From NCBI RefSeq assembly GCF_000025685.1, contig NC_013967.1:2815758-2847757 (forward strand): DNA of 32,000 nucleotides. The letters run 5' to 3'. This stretch comes from Haloferax volcanii DS2. GTDB taxonomy: Archaea; Halobacteriota; Halobacteria; Halobacteriales; Haloferacaceae. Position numbers and translations under genes: made by a program. Every line of letters begins with the position of its first letter. The first letter of the stretch is position 1. Below the pieces are notes generated by a model that did no database searches, was not told the origin of the DNA, and saw nothing but the letters and a program-made list of their open reading frames with translations. Below, one piece after another: positions 19,491-28,817 of the stretch.

Positions 19491-19575
19491 TGTTTTAGGT
19501 GCGGAAATCACGGCCGATAACGTTGCGGGCGGAAATCGGGGGCTGTCGGAGGCGCAGTTCGCCGCTGCTGGAACG

Positions 19576-19851
19576 TCAGACCTCGTCGTCGGGTTCGTGG
19601 GAGTCGGCCATCTTCGTCGCCTCCGCGGCGTACCGCTCGCGCAGGTCGTCGTCATCCACGGGTTCGAGATTCTCCGTCGGCGCGTCGATGGCGGCGGTCA
19701 CGGTCATCCGGCGCTGGTGCATCACGGCCGCGGCGAGCTCCTTCCGGAGTTCGTACTCGCCGTCGGGCGTCGCGTAGATGAGGATGATGAGGTCGCGGTC
19801 GTCGTAGGACCGCTCGACCAACCAGAGCCGCGTCGTGTCGTCGTCGCTCAT
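19576..19851 (-). CDS. Hypothetical acidic protein (91 aa)
   Basis: Track ORF with an ATG start. Strongly acidic composition and GC-rich third positions. No family recognised. Confidence 0.6.
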   Translation of the reverse strand: MSDDDTTRLWLVERSYDDRDLIILIYATPDGEYELRKELAAAVMHQRRMTVTAAIDAPTENLEPVDDDDLRERYAAEATKMADSHEPDDEV

Positions 19852-19931
19852 GGGCCGTGGTTCGGCCGGGGTTCCCTTACGCGTGCCGGCATCGCATCGC
19901 GGAGCGTGCCGCGCCGGGAGTCCCCCCTATC

Positions 19932-19939
19932 GTTTATTC
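19932..19939 (+). promoter_or_regulatory. TATA-box-like element (GTTTATTC) for the VIT-remnant gene
   Basis: Position -32..-25 relative to the ATG at 19964. Confidence 0.45.
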
Positions 19940-19963
19940 GCTCCGCAAGCGTACGATTCCGGC

Positions 19964-20191
19964 ATGTTGGAGACGCTGCTCGGGGACGACGTGGAGTCGT
20001 CGGGCCGATACCTTCCCGAACTCATCTACGGCGCGAACGACGGCATCGTCACGACGTTCGCCGTCGGCGCGAGCCGGAGCCTCGTGACGAATCGCTCGTG
20101 GCTCGCTAACGGCGTCGAGATGTTCGTCGTCGGAATGGCGGCCGCCACGGTCGCCTACGCGGTCGGGAACCTCCTTGCCGGCGTCGCCTGA
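19964..20191 (+). CDS. Truncated VIT1/CCC1-family protein (75 aa; N- and C-terminal ends of the family fused, middle missing); possibly non-functional
   Basis: RYLPELIYGANDGIVTTFAV matches the conserved VIT N-terminus. NGVEMFVVGMAAATVAYAVGNLLAGV matches the last TM helix. Full-length members are about 180-230 aa. There is no room for the missing part before the next gene at 20215. Confidence 0.5.
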   Translation: MLETLLGDDVESSGRYLPELIYGANDGIVTTFAVGASRSLVTNRSWLANGVEMFVVGMAAATVAYAVGNLLAGVA

Positions 20192-20214
20192 CGCGGGCGC
20201 GTGTCCGACTCACG

Positions 20215-21738
20215 TCAGGCGGACCGGCTCCCGGTCAGCTCCTCGACTTCGGTGGCGAGTGACGACAGCGCCTGCGTACTTTCGTCGGTCGCCGCGACGA
20301 TGCTGTCGACCGCGCCCTCGGTCTCGACGGTCCGGTCGCGCACGTCCTCGATGGTCGCGGTCAGCTCCTCGACCGCCTCGGCCTGCTCGTCGGTCGCGCG
20401 GGAGACCTCCGCGACGCCGTCCGCGGCGGTGTCGATGGAGGCGGCGATTTCCTCGAACGCCGCCAGCATCTCGGAGATGCGCTCGTCGGCGTGTTCGATG
20501 CGGTCGTTGGACTCCGTCGCCGCGTGGACCGCTTCGTCGGTCTGCGACTGGATGTTCTCTATCTGCGCGGTGATGTCTTCGGTGTGCTGGCGCGTCTCGT
20601 CGGCGAGCGACTTGACCTCCTCCGCGACGACGGCGAATCCGTCGCCGTCCTCGCCGGCGCGGGCGGCCTCGATGTTCGCGTTGAGCGCGAGCAGGTTCGT
20701 CTGTTCGGCCACCTCGGAGATGACCTCGACGACCGCCTCGATGTCGTCCATGCGGCCGCCGAGTTCGGTCACGCGGTCGACGAGTTCGTCGCCCATCGTG
20801 ACGACGCTCTCGGTCGCTTCTCGCGCCTCGCTGTTGGCCTCGCGACCCTCGGCGGTCGCCTGCCGCGCCTCGGTGGCTGCGGTGTCGACCTCGTCGGCGG
20901 TGGCGGCGACCTCCTCCATCGTCGCGCTGAACTGCTGCATCTGTGTCGCGCCCTCGTCGAGGAGGTCGCGCTGTTCGTCGACGTTCTCGACGATGGCGTC
21001 GGCCGCCGACGCCGCCCGCGTGACCGCCGCGGTCGCCGTCTCGGTCTCGTCTTCGACGTTCGACGCCAGCGTCGAGAGATTCCGCGCCGTCTCGTTGACC
21101 GCGTCGACGACGAGATACAGTTGGTCGTCGACGGCCCCGCTGTCGTCTATCGTCGCCCGCGCGTCGAGGTTCCCTTGGCTCAACTGGGTCAGCGTCGATT
21201 CGACCTCGGAGACGAGCGCGGCGACCTCGCGGTGGCGCTCGACCTCGGTCGTGCGGTTGCGGACGGTCTGGAGGACGCCGACGAGCTCGTCGCCCTCGTA
21301 CAGCGGCATCGCGGTGTGCCGGGCGTGACAGTCGTCGCCGTTCGCGTCCGCGAACGTCTCCTCCGCGGCGTACAGCAGCCGGTCGGGGTCGTCGAGTTCC
21401 ACGTCGTCGAGCGACGCGGCGTCGCGGGGGTTGTCGAGGACCTGCCCCGCGAGCACCCGGGCCGCGGCGTTGCCGTAGAACGTCTCACCGAGGTCGCGCC
21501 GGCCGAGCGCGTCGGCCGCGGACGTGCCGGTCAACGACTCCACGCCGGCGTTCCATGCCGCGATGCGGCCCTGTTCGTCGAGGACGAACGCCGGAAGCCC
21601 GACGCCGTCGAGCAGTACGTCGTCGTCGACGTTCAGGTCCGGCGCGTCGGTGGCGGAACCGGCGACGATTCCGCCGTCCGGTAACGGCGTCTCCTCACCG
21701 AACCACGAGCGGACGCGTGAGAGTATACCAAGTGACAT
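20215..21738 (-). CDS. Soluble methyl-accepting chemotaxis transducer (Htr) with an N-terminal PAS domain
   Basis: 507 aa with no TM segments. PAS-like region [24 protein letters not shown]. Highly conserved MCP hairpin [35 protein letters not shown]. Confidence 0.92.
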   Translation of the reverse strand: MSLGILSRVRSWFGEETPLPDGGIVAGSATDAPDLNVDDDVLLDGVGLPAFVLDEQGRIAAWNAGVESLTGTSAADALGRRDLGETFYGNAAARVLAGQVLDNPRDAASLDDVELDDPDRLLYAAEETFADANGDDCHARHTAMPLYEGDELVGVLQTVRNRTTEVERHREVAALVSEVESTLTQLSQGNLDARATIDDSGAVDDQLYLVVDAVNETARNLSTLASNVEDETETATAAVTRAASAADAIVENVDEQRDLLDEGATQMQQFSATMEEVAATADEVDTAATEARQATAEGREANSEAREATESVVTMGDELVDRVTELGGRMDDIEAVVEVISEVAEQTNLLALNANIEAARAGEDGDGFAVVAEEVKSLADETRQHTEDITAQIENIQSQTDEAVHAATESNDRIEHADERISEMLAAFEEIAASIDTAADGVAEVSRATDEQAEAVEELTATIEDVRDRTVETEGAVDSIVAATDESTQALSSLATEVEELTGSRSA

Positions 21739-21870
21739 TATCGACTTCGTTTCAGGGCATCACAGGAGTATCTTTCGAGGACAGTATCAAATAAGATAAT
21801 TGGATGGCCGCTGGAGGGCGGTGCGGCCGACGCGTCAACCTCAAGCCCCTCGCGCGGTAAGCCACCCCAG

Positions 21871-23610
21871 ATGGACCCTGCCGCGGTCAGCGAACGAGCC
21901 AGCGCGCTGCCGTCGGACCCCGGCGTCTACCAGTTCGTCGCCGGCGACGCGGTGCTGTACGTCGGGAAGGCGGTCGACATCCGCGCGCGAGTTCGGTCGT
22001 ACGCGGACCCGCGCTCGGAGCGCATCTCCCGGATGGTCGACCGCGCGGAGCACATCGACTTCGCCGTTACCGACACTGAGACGCAGGCGCTGCTCCTCGA
22101 AGCCAACCTCATCAAGCGCCACCAGCCGCGCTACAACGTCCGGCTGAAAGACGACAAATCCTACCCGCTGGTCCAACTGACGGCCCACGCGGTCCCGCGC
22201 ATCGAGGTCACCCGCGACCCCGAGGACTCCGCGACCGTCTTCGGGCCGTACACCGACAAGGGCCGCGTCGAGACGGTCGTGAAGGCGATTCGAGAGACCT
22301 ACGGCCTCCGCGGCTGTTCTGACCACAAGTATTCGAACCGCTCGCGGCCGTGTCTCGACTACGAGATGGGCCTGTGTACGGCCCCCTGTACCGGCGAAAT
22401 CGCGGAGCGCGACTACCGCGAGGACGTGGAGTCGGCGGTTCGATTCTTCGAGGGCGAGACGGGCGTCCTCGCGGACCCGCTCCGCCGGGAGATGGAGGCG
22501 GCCGCGCAGGACGCGGAGTTCGAGCGCGCCGCCAATCTCCGCGACCGACTGGAGGCCGTCGAGTCGTTCCACGGCGCGGGCGAAGACGCCGTCTCGTCGC
22601 AGTCCGACGAGCGCGCCATCGACGTGCTCGGCGTCTCGCTCCGCGGCGACTCGGCGACGGTCGCCCGGCTCCACGCCGAGCGCGGTCAACTGGTGGACCG
22701 GACCCGCCACCACCTCGACGCGCCCGAGGGCGAAGACCGCACGGCCGCCGTCCTCTCGGCGTTCCTCGCGCAGTTCTACGCCGAACGCGACCTCCCCGAC
22801 GCGGTCGTCCTCTCGGAGCACCCCGACGACGAGGACGTGGTCGCGTGGCTCGAAGCCGAGGGCGTGGGCGTCCGCATCCCCGGCGCCGGCCGCGAGGCGA
22901 AACTGGTCGAACTCGCGCTGAAGAACGCCCGCCGGCGCGCCGGCCGCGACGACGGCCTCGCGACGCTCGCCCGCGAACTCGACCTCGACGTGCGCCGCGT
23001 CGCCCGCATCGAGGGCTTCGACGTGAGCCACGCGCAGGGCAAGGCCGTCGTCGGGAGCGACGTGTGCTTCGTCGAGGGAAGCGCCGAGACCGCGGACTAC
23101 CGCCGGCGGCGACTCCCCGAGCGCAACGACGACTACGCGAACATGCGCGACCTCGTCCGCTGGCGGGCGACCCGCGCGCTGGAGGGCCGCGACGACCGCC
23201 CGGACCCCGATCTGCTCCTCATCGACGGCGGCAAAGGACAGTTGAACGCCGCGCTCGACGCCCTCGACGAGACGGGCTGGGACGTGCCCGCCGTCGGCAT
23301 CGCCAAGGACCGCGAACTGGTCGTCACGCCCGACCGAACCTTCGACTGGCCGGACGACGCGCCGCACCTGCACGTCCTCCAGCGGGTCCGCGACGAGGCC
23401 CACCGCTTCGCCGTCCAGTACCACCAGACGCTCCGCGACGAGGTGAAGACCGTCCTCGACGACGTGCCCGGCGTCGGTGAGAAGACCCGCCGGGCGCTGC
23501 TGACGCGGTTCGGCAGCGTCGAGGGCGTGCGCGAGGCGTCTGTCGAGGACCTGACCGACGTGCCCGGCGTCGGCGAGAAGACGGCCGACGAACTGAAGCG
23601 GCGGCTCTGA
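21871..23610 (+). CDS. uvrC: Excinuclease ABC subunit C
   Basis: 579 aa. GIY-YIG N-terminus ([23 protein letters not shown]), UVR domain ([12 protein letters not shown]) and C-terminal tandem HhH (VPGVGEKT..). Confidence 0.95.
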   Translation: MDPAAVSERASALPSDPGVYQFVAGDAVLYVGKAVDIRARVRSYADPRSERISRMVDRAEHIDFAVTDTETQALLLEANLIKRHQPRYNVRLKDDKSYPLVQLTAHAVPRIEVTRDPEDSATVFGPYTDKGRVETVVKAIRETYGLRGCSDHKYSNRSRPCLDYEMGLCTAPCTGEIAERDYREDVESAVRFFEGETGVLADPLRREMEAAAQDAEFERAANLRDRLEAVESFHGAGEDAVSSQSDERAIDVLGVSLRGDSATVARLHAERGQLVDRTRHHLDAPEGEDRTAAVLSAFLAQFYAERDLPDAVVLSEHPDDEDVVAWLEAEGVGVRIPGAGREAKLVELALKNARRRAGRDDGLATLARELDLDVRRVARIEGFDVSHAQGKAVVGSDVCFVEGSAETADYRRRRLPERNDDYANMRDLVRWRATRALEGRDDRPDPDLLLIDGGKGQLNAALDALDETGWDVPAVGIAKDRELVVTPDRTFDWPDDAPHLHVLQRVRDEAHRFAVQYHQTLRDEVKTVLDDVPGVGEKTRRALLTRFGSVEGVREASVEDLTDVPGVGEKTADELKRRL

Positions 23611-23631
23611 GCGGCGTCAGATACTCGGGTG

Positions 23632-23636
23632 AAAAA
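23632..23636 (-). terminator. Oligo-T run (TTTTT on the minus strand) downstream of mdh
   Basis: About 40 nt after the mdh stop. Archaeal termination typically occurs at oligo-T. Confidence 0.3.
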
Positions 23637-23674
23637 GACGGATTGGATTCGTCGCGCGAGCGAACCGGAGCGGC

Positions 23675-24589
23675 TTACGCGATTTCGTCGTACTGGTCGC
23701 GGAGCTTCTCGGCCGCGTCGTCCATGAGGTCGGCCTCGTAGTCGTCGAGGTCCCACTCGACGACCTCCTCGATGCCGTTCGAGCCGAGTTTGACGGGGAC
23801 GCCGAAGGCCGTGTCCTCGTAGCCGAACTCGCCGTCGAGGACGAGCGAGCCGGGGAGCACTTCGCCGGTGTCGTGCAGGACGGCCTCGACCATGTGGGCG
23901 ACGCCGGTCGCCGGGCCCCACTGGGTCGCGCCCTTGCGCTCGATGACGTCCATAGCGGACTCCTGAAGGTCACCGAGAATCTCCTCTTTCTCGTCGGCGG
24001 AGAAGGCGGGGTCGTTGCCGTCGACGCGGACCTTCGAGAAGACCGGCACCTGCGCGTCGCCGTGCTCACCGAGGATGGTCGCGTCGACGTTCTTGACCGG
24101 CACGTCGAAGCGCTGGCTCAGCACGTAGCGGAAGCGGGCGGAGTCGAGGCGGCCGCCGAAGCCGATGACTTTGTGGCGGTCGCGGTCGCCCGTCTCGTAG
24201 AGGTGACGGTTGAGCAGGTCCACGGGGTTCGACGTGGTGATGGAGACGAAGTCGTCGTTGTACTCCGCGAGCGAGGAGCCGATGTCGTCCATGATGGGGG
24301 CGTTGTCGCCCGCGAGGTCGATACGGGTCTGTCCCGGCTGCCGCGGGATGCCCGCCGTGATGACGACCACGTCGGAGCCGGCGGTGTCCTCGTAGCCGCC
24401 CTGCGTCACGACCGTGTTGGAGTCGTACGCGATGCCGTGGTTCGTGTCCGCCGCCTGTCCGACCGTCTTGTCTTCCATCTTCGGGATGTCGACGAACACG
24501 AGTTCGTCACAGACATCGCGAAGCGCGAGGTTGTACCCAGCCGCGGCACCGACCGTGCCGGCCGCACCAATCACGCTAACTTTCGTCAT
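23675..24589 (-). CDS. mdh: Malate dehydrogenase (LDH-like MDH)
   Basis: 304 aa. Rossmann motif [11 protein letters not shown], substrate loop [13 protein letters not shown], catalytic-His context [10 protein letters not shown]. Confidence 0.95.
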
Positions 24590-24795
24590 GCCACATTAAC
24601 GACGCTGTGGATTCCGAGTAAACGTTTCGGAACGGGCACCGAACCGCAGTCTGTCGATTTCGTGTTCGTCAGTCGTCGAACTTCGGGCGACAGCGACGGG
24701 GTGGACTCGGGCGCGAGAGCCGGTGAAACCGCCGGTGACGAAACCGGTCGAACGACGCCGTGGGGTTTTTCGACGCACGTCGCGTCCACACGCAC

Positions 24796-25401
24796 ATGAG
24801 CGACTTCGACAAGGAAGCAGAGCGCCAGCGACTTCGGGAGAAGTACGAGCGAGACGAAACGAAGCGACGGTCGACCCAGCGGATGAGCGAGCTGCTCCTC
24901 AAGGGCGCGACGATGACGAACAAGCACTGCGACAACTGCGGCGACCCCTTGTTCCGCTACGAGGGGCAGGTGTTCTGTCCGACCTGTCAGGCCGAGGGGC
25001 AGGCCGCGGCGAACGCCGACCAAGACGCCGAGCAGGCCGCCGAAGCGGCCGTCGAAGCCGACGAAAGCGAAGCCGAAGCCGAAGCCGAGGCGAACGCGAA
25101 CGAGACGGCCGCCTCCGCGGGGAGCACCGAGGCCGCCGACGAGACGCGCCGCAACCCCACCGGCGCGAACGGGCGCGCCGCGGCACCGACTCGGACGCGA
25201 ACCGCGGGCGAGCGGGAGGCGACCGAGCGACGCGCGCCTCGCGAGGTCGCCGGCGACGTGACCGCCGCGCGCGAGTCGCTCGTGCGGACGCTGACGTGGG
25301 CCGCCGAACAAGCCGAGTCGACCGACGACCCGCGGCGGGCAACGGAGTATCTGACCGCCGCGCGCGAGGCCGCCGAGGCCATCTCGGCGCTCGACCGATA
25401 A
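24796..25401 (+). CDS. Autoantigen-p27 / UPF0148-like zinc-ribbon protein with an acidic Ala/Glu-rich tail
   Basis: N-terminus KEAERQRLREKYERDE..MSELLLKGATMTNKHCDNCGDPLFRYEGQVFCPTCQ fits the Sjogren/scleroderma autoantigen-1 (p27) family. ATG at 24796 preferred over the track's GTG at 24760 (GTTTTTCG at -31..-24). Confidence 0.78.
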   Translation: MSDFDKEAERQRLREKYERDETKRRSTQRMSELLLKGATMTNKHCDNCGDPLFRYEGQVFCPTCQAEGQAAANADQDAEQAAEAAVEADESEAEAEAEANANETAASAGSTEAADETRRNPTGANGRAAAPTRTRTAGEREATERRAPREVAGDVTAARESLVRTLTWAAEQAESTDDPRRATEYLTAAREAAEAISALDR

Positions 25402-25442
25402 CCGACTGCCTGTCCTCGCCACCTCGCGTCGGCTGTCGCTCC

Positions 25443-25462
25443 GGGCGGTAGAACTACCGCCC
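25443..25462. promoter_or_regulatory. 9-2-9 inverted repeat GGGCGGTAG-AA-CTACCGCCC upstream of the usp gene
   Basis: Read directly. Located -39..-20 from the usp ATG, where a TATA box would be expected, and 42-61 nt after the p27-like stop. Either an operator or a 3'-end hairpin. Confidence 0.35.
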
Positions 25463-25481
25463 CGCGGGTCCTCTGTTTCGT

Positions 25482-25871
25482 ATGGACGTTCTCATCCCCA
25501 TCGACGGCACCGACGCCAGCAAACGCGCGCTCGACTTCGCCATCGAGATGGTCGGCGGGATGGGCGGGAGCCTCCACGTCGTCCACTACACGAACAACCA
25601 GACCGACGCGACGGAGGCCATTCTCGACGACGCGCGCGGCAGACTCAAAGCGGGCGACTTCGGCGGCGAACCGGAGCTTTCGACCATCACGGTCGACGTG
25701 TGGACCGCCGACCGCGTCGGTGAGGAGATTCTCGACACCGTCGAGCGCGGCGGCTTCGACCACGTCGTGATGGGCCACCACGAAGACGGCATCGTCGAGC
25801 GAACCGTCTTCGGGAGCGCCGCCGAGACGGTGCTCCGGACCGAGGCCGTTCCGGTGACTATCGTCCCCTGA
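25482..25871 (+). CDS. Universal stress protein (UspA family)
   Basis: 129 aa. MDVLIPIDGTDASKRALDFA... and C-terminal VMGHHEDGIVERTVFGSAAETVLRTEAVPVTIV. Confidence 0.9.
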   Translation: MDVLIPIDGTDASKRALDFAIEMVGGMGGSLHVVHYTNNQTDATEAILDDARGRLKAGDFGGEPELSTITVDVWTADRVGEEILDTVERGGFDHVVMGHHEDGIVERTVFGSAAETVLRTEAVPVTIVP

Positions 25872-25895
25872 CGCGCTCCGGGCGGTGAACGCGGC

Positions 25896-28472
25896 TCAGC
25901 GGTACTCCGAGCCGACGACCTCGCGGATTCGCTCGGCGGTGACTTGGCCGACGCCGCGGACCTCCTTGAGGTCCTCCTCGTTGGCGGTCATGACCGCCTC
26001 GACGCTCCCGAACGCTTCGAGCAGCGTCCGCGCCGTGACCGGGCCGATGTCCGCGATGGCGGAGACGACGTACTCCTGTTGCTCGTCGAGCGTCTTCGCG
26101 CTCTTGCCGCCGTGGACGCTCACGGTGCGCTCGCGGTCCGTCTGCTCGCGGGTGGCGATGGTCGCCAGCAGCTCCGCGGTGTCGTCTTCGTCTTCGGTGA
26201 ACAGCACGCTCACGTTGAAGTCGACCGCGACCGACGACAGCGCCCCGCGAATCGCGCCGGGGTGGATGTTGCGCTCCTCGTAGAGCCCGCGCCCCTCGAT
26301 GACGAGCAGCGGCCGGGCGTAGTGGCGCGTGAGGTCCGCTATCTGCTCGAATATCGAGCGGTCGCCGCCCGTGAGCGTGTCGAGGAAGTCCGAGACGCTC
26401 TTTCGCTCGACCGCGACGCGGTCCGAGAGGACGTAGTCACCGACCGCGAGCGTCTCCAGTCGGGTCGTCAGGTCCTCGCGCTTCGAGAGGGTGCGGGCGA
26501 TGTTGGAGTCGAGTTCGCGCTGGTCGACGACGATTTCGACGGTGTCCTCGTCGTCGGTGCCCGCCGCGGCGACGGTGGCCGAGTCGTCCACCTCGTCTCC
26601 TTCTGCGTCCGACGCCGGGTCGTCGCCCGAGTCGGCCGGGTCGGCGTCCTCGCCGTGGCTGTCGTCGCCGTCGTCCGCCCGCGCCAACGCCTCGTCCGAG
26701 GGACCGAAGTCGGCGAGGCCGGACTGCCCGTCCGAGTCGGTCGCCGCCGCGGTCGCGGTCCGGCCGTTCGAGGCGGATGACGCGGTAGCCGACGCCCCGT
26801 TTGCATCGCCCTCGCTCGCGACGTCAACCCCCTCGTTTCGGGTGGAACTCCCCGCGCTACCGGCTGAACTGGCGTCGTCTCCCGCGAACGCCGAGAGGTC
26901 GCGTTGGGAGGGGTCGAGTTCGGCTTCGAGGTCGTCGGCCGCGCCCTTGAGGTCTCGAAGCTCGTTTTGCATCGTCTTCTCGCGGCGGCGCGATATCCAG
27001 AAGTACGCCTCGTCGCGGGTGTCCTCCGCGAGGAGGACGACCACGCGACCGTCGGCCTGCCGGCCGGTCCGCCCCTTCCGCTGGATGGACCGGATGGCGG
27101 TCGGCACGGGTTCGAAAAAGAGCACGAGGTCGACCTCGGGCACGTCGAGACCCTCCTCCGCGACGGATGTCGAGACGAGTACCTCGAACTCGCCGTTTCG
27201 GAACTTGTCGAGGGTCTCCTGCTGTTCGTTCTGGGTCATCCCGTCGGAGCCTTCGCGGTCGCCCTGCCCGACGAACCGCCGGACCGAGAAGCTCTCCGAG
27301 AGGAACTCCGTCAGCGCCTCGGCCGTGTCGCGCGACTCGGTGAAGACGATGACGCGCTCGCCGTTCTGGATGCCGAGCGTCTCCGCGAGGAGGATGCGCG
27401 TCTTCCTGAACTTCGGGTGGAGGCCGTCGAACGACTCGGCTTTCCGCATCGCCTCGCGGACTTTCGGCTCGGCGACGAGTCGCTGGCTCGCCTTCGACGC
27501 GCCCGACGACCGGGCGGCGTTGCGCTGGCGCTCGAAGTACCGCCGGACCGACTCCACCGACTGGGTCTCGACGAGTTCGACCGCCCGGCGGAGCTTCATC
27601 ACCTCCGCGTGCGTCGACATCCCCTTGTAGCCCTCCGACTTGTCGGCGTTCATCAGCCGCTGGAGCTCCGCGCGCATCCGGTTGAGCTTCTTCTGGGAGA
27701 TATCGGGCTTCGTCGATTTGGTGACGCCCAACTGCTTGAGCTTCTCCAGTCGGTCGGTGATGACCTCGTTGAGCGCGTCGCGTATCTCCAGAATCTCGTC
27801 GGGGAGTTGGATGCGGTTCCACTCCACGTCCGTGTCGTGGGTGTACTCCGACACGTCGGCGTCCTCCTCGGTCATCACCTCCACGTCGACGATGCCGAGG
27901 TTCTCACAGACTTCGAGGATGGCCTCCTCGTCGCCGCCGGGCGAGGCGCTCATCCCCGTGACGAGCGGGTTCTCGGCGGCGGCGTGGTAGCGCTCTGCGA
28001 TGTAGACGTAGGCGTAGTCGCCGCTCGCGCGGTGGCACTCGTCGAAGGTGAGGTGCGTCACGTCCCGAAGCGAGATGCGGTTGCCGATGAGGTCGTTTTC
28101 GATGACCTGCGGCGTGGCGATAACGATTTGGGCCTCCTGCCAGAGTTCGGCCCGGTCGTCGGGCCGAACGTCGCCGGTGAAGACGACGATTTCGTCGTCC
28201 GGGACGGTCAGCGCCTCGCGGTAGAAATCGGCGTGCTGCTGGACCAGCGGCTTCGTCGGCGCGAGAAACAGCGACTTTCCGCCCACGTCGTGGAGGCGCT
28301 GGGCGGTGACGAGCAGGCTGACGGTCGTCTTCCCGAGGCCGGTGGGGAGACAGACCAGCGTGTGGCCGTCGCGCGCGGTCCCGGCGAGGCGAATCTGATA
28401 GAGCCGCCGCTCGATGAACGACGGCGCGAGTAGCGGGTGGTCCACGTACGCAACGTCCTCGGAGGCCGACAT
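25896..28472 (-). CDS. hef: Hef helicase/nuclease (XPF/FANCM-like: SF2 helicase + ERCC4 nuclease + HhH2)
   Basis: 858 aa from the internal ATG at 28472. Walker A CLPTGLGKT, DExH FDECHRA, motif VI QRKGRTGR, an acidic disordered linker, ERCC4 motif GDYVLSDRVAVERKSVSDF and a C-terminal HhH pair. CTTATC TATA-like motif at -25..-30. Confidence 0.93.
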   Translation of the reverse strand: MSASEDVAYVDHPLLAPSFIERRLYQIRLAGTARDGHTLVCLPTGLGKTTVSLLVTAQRLHDVGGKSLFLAPTKPLVQQHADFYREALTVPDDEIVVFTGDVRPDDRAELWQEAQIVIATPQVIENDLIGNRISLRDVTHLTFDECHRASGDYAYVYIAERYHAAAENPLVTGMSASPGGDEEAILEVCENLGIVDVEVMTEEDADVSEYTHDTDVEWNRIQLPDEILEIRDALNEVITDRLEKLKQLGVTKSTKPDISQKKLNRMRAELQRLMNADKSEGYKGMSTHAEVMKLRRAVELVETQSVESVRRYFERQRNAARSSGASKASQRLVAEPKVREAMRKAESFDGLHPKFRKTRILLAETLGIQNGERVIVFTESRDTAEALTEFLSESFSVRRFVGQGDREGSDGMTQNEQQETLDKFRNGEFEVLVSTSVAEEGLDVPEVDLVLFFEPVPTAIRSIQRKGRTGRQADGRVVVLLAEDTRDEAYFWISRRREKTMQNELRDLKGAADDLEAELDPSQRDLSAFAGDDASSAGSAGSSTRNEGVDVASEGDANGASATASSASNGRTATAAATDSDGQSGLADFGPSDEALARADDGDDSHGEDADPADSGDDPASDAEGDEVDDSATVAAAGTDDEDTVEIVVDQRELDSNIARTLSKREDLTTRLETLAVGDYVLSDRVAVERKSVSDFLDTLTGGDRSIFEQIADLTRHYARPLLVIEGRGLYEERNIHPGAIRGALSSVAVDFNVSVLFTEDEDDTAELLATIATREQTDRERTVSVHGGKSAKTLDEQQEYVVSAIADIGPVTARTLLEAFGSVEAVMTANEEDLKEVRGVGQVTAERIREVVGSEYR

Positions 28473-28557
28473 CGGTGACGATTGCTCGCCCTTGCCGATA
28501 AGGGTTCGCAGAGCGGGGTGAAAGTAAAGCGTCCGCCGGGCCTCGCCGCGGCGGTCG

Positions 28558-28671
28558 TTACCCCGTGCTGTCAGCGGTATCGAGGTCGGGGTCGTCTGGT
28601 CGCGCGGTCGGGAGCGACGCTCCGAGGAGCGACGCCCACTCGGCGACCTTTTCGTTGTGCGGATTGGACAT
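28558..28671 (-). CDS. Candidate micro-protein (37 aa, acidic) upstream of hef
   Basis: Below the ORF-track cutoff. MSNPHNEKVAEWASLLGASLPTARPDDPDLDTADSTG*. 30/36 G/C at third positions by my count. TTATATA motif about 35-41 nt upstream. T-rich tract (CTTTACTTTC) 27-40 nt after the stop. Confidence 0.35.
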   Translation of the reverse strand: MSNPHNEKVAEWASLLGASLPTARPDDPDLDTADSTG

Positions 28672-28766
28672 AGCGCTTCCCCAAGGAGATATACTCTCAA
28701 CTATCGTATATAACGGTTATGCCGATTCGACGGATGGACTCGCGCGTACGTGGCCGGACGGTCGGC

Positions 28767-28789
28767 GTTCCACCGGAAACGACGGGGTG
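28767..28789 (+). promoter_or_regulatory. Outlying ORB-like element GTTCCACCGGAAACGACGGGGTG
   Basis: 21/23 identical to the ORB at 31367..31345 (GTTCCACCTGAAACGAAGGGGTG). Lies in the 345-bp oapC/hef intergenic region. A partial copy CGGGGTGAAAGT is at 28514..28525. Confidence 0.55.
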
Positions 28790-28817
28790 AAAAGTCGGGC
28801 GGGCGCGGAAAGCGCGC

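Noticed and set aside
21745-21756. CTTCGTTTCAGG, a 12-nt exact match to part of the ORB (31350..31361), 7 nt upstream of the MCP start codon
   Set aside because: Lacks the TCCAC end and the GGGG/G-string. Allowing any 12-nt sub-window of the ORB on both strands, I estimate the chance probability at several percent. Noted but not called as an ORB.
24730-24770. GAAACCG repeats and AACGACGCCGTGGGG in the mdh/p27 spacer, vaguely ORB-like
   Set aside because: Only a 9-nt similarity (AACGACGCC) to the weakest ORB-like copy, with no TCCAC element. Insufficient.
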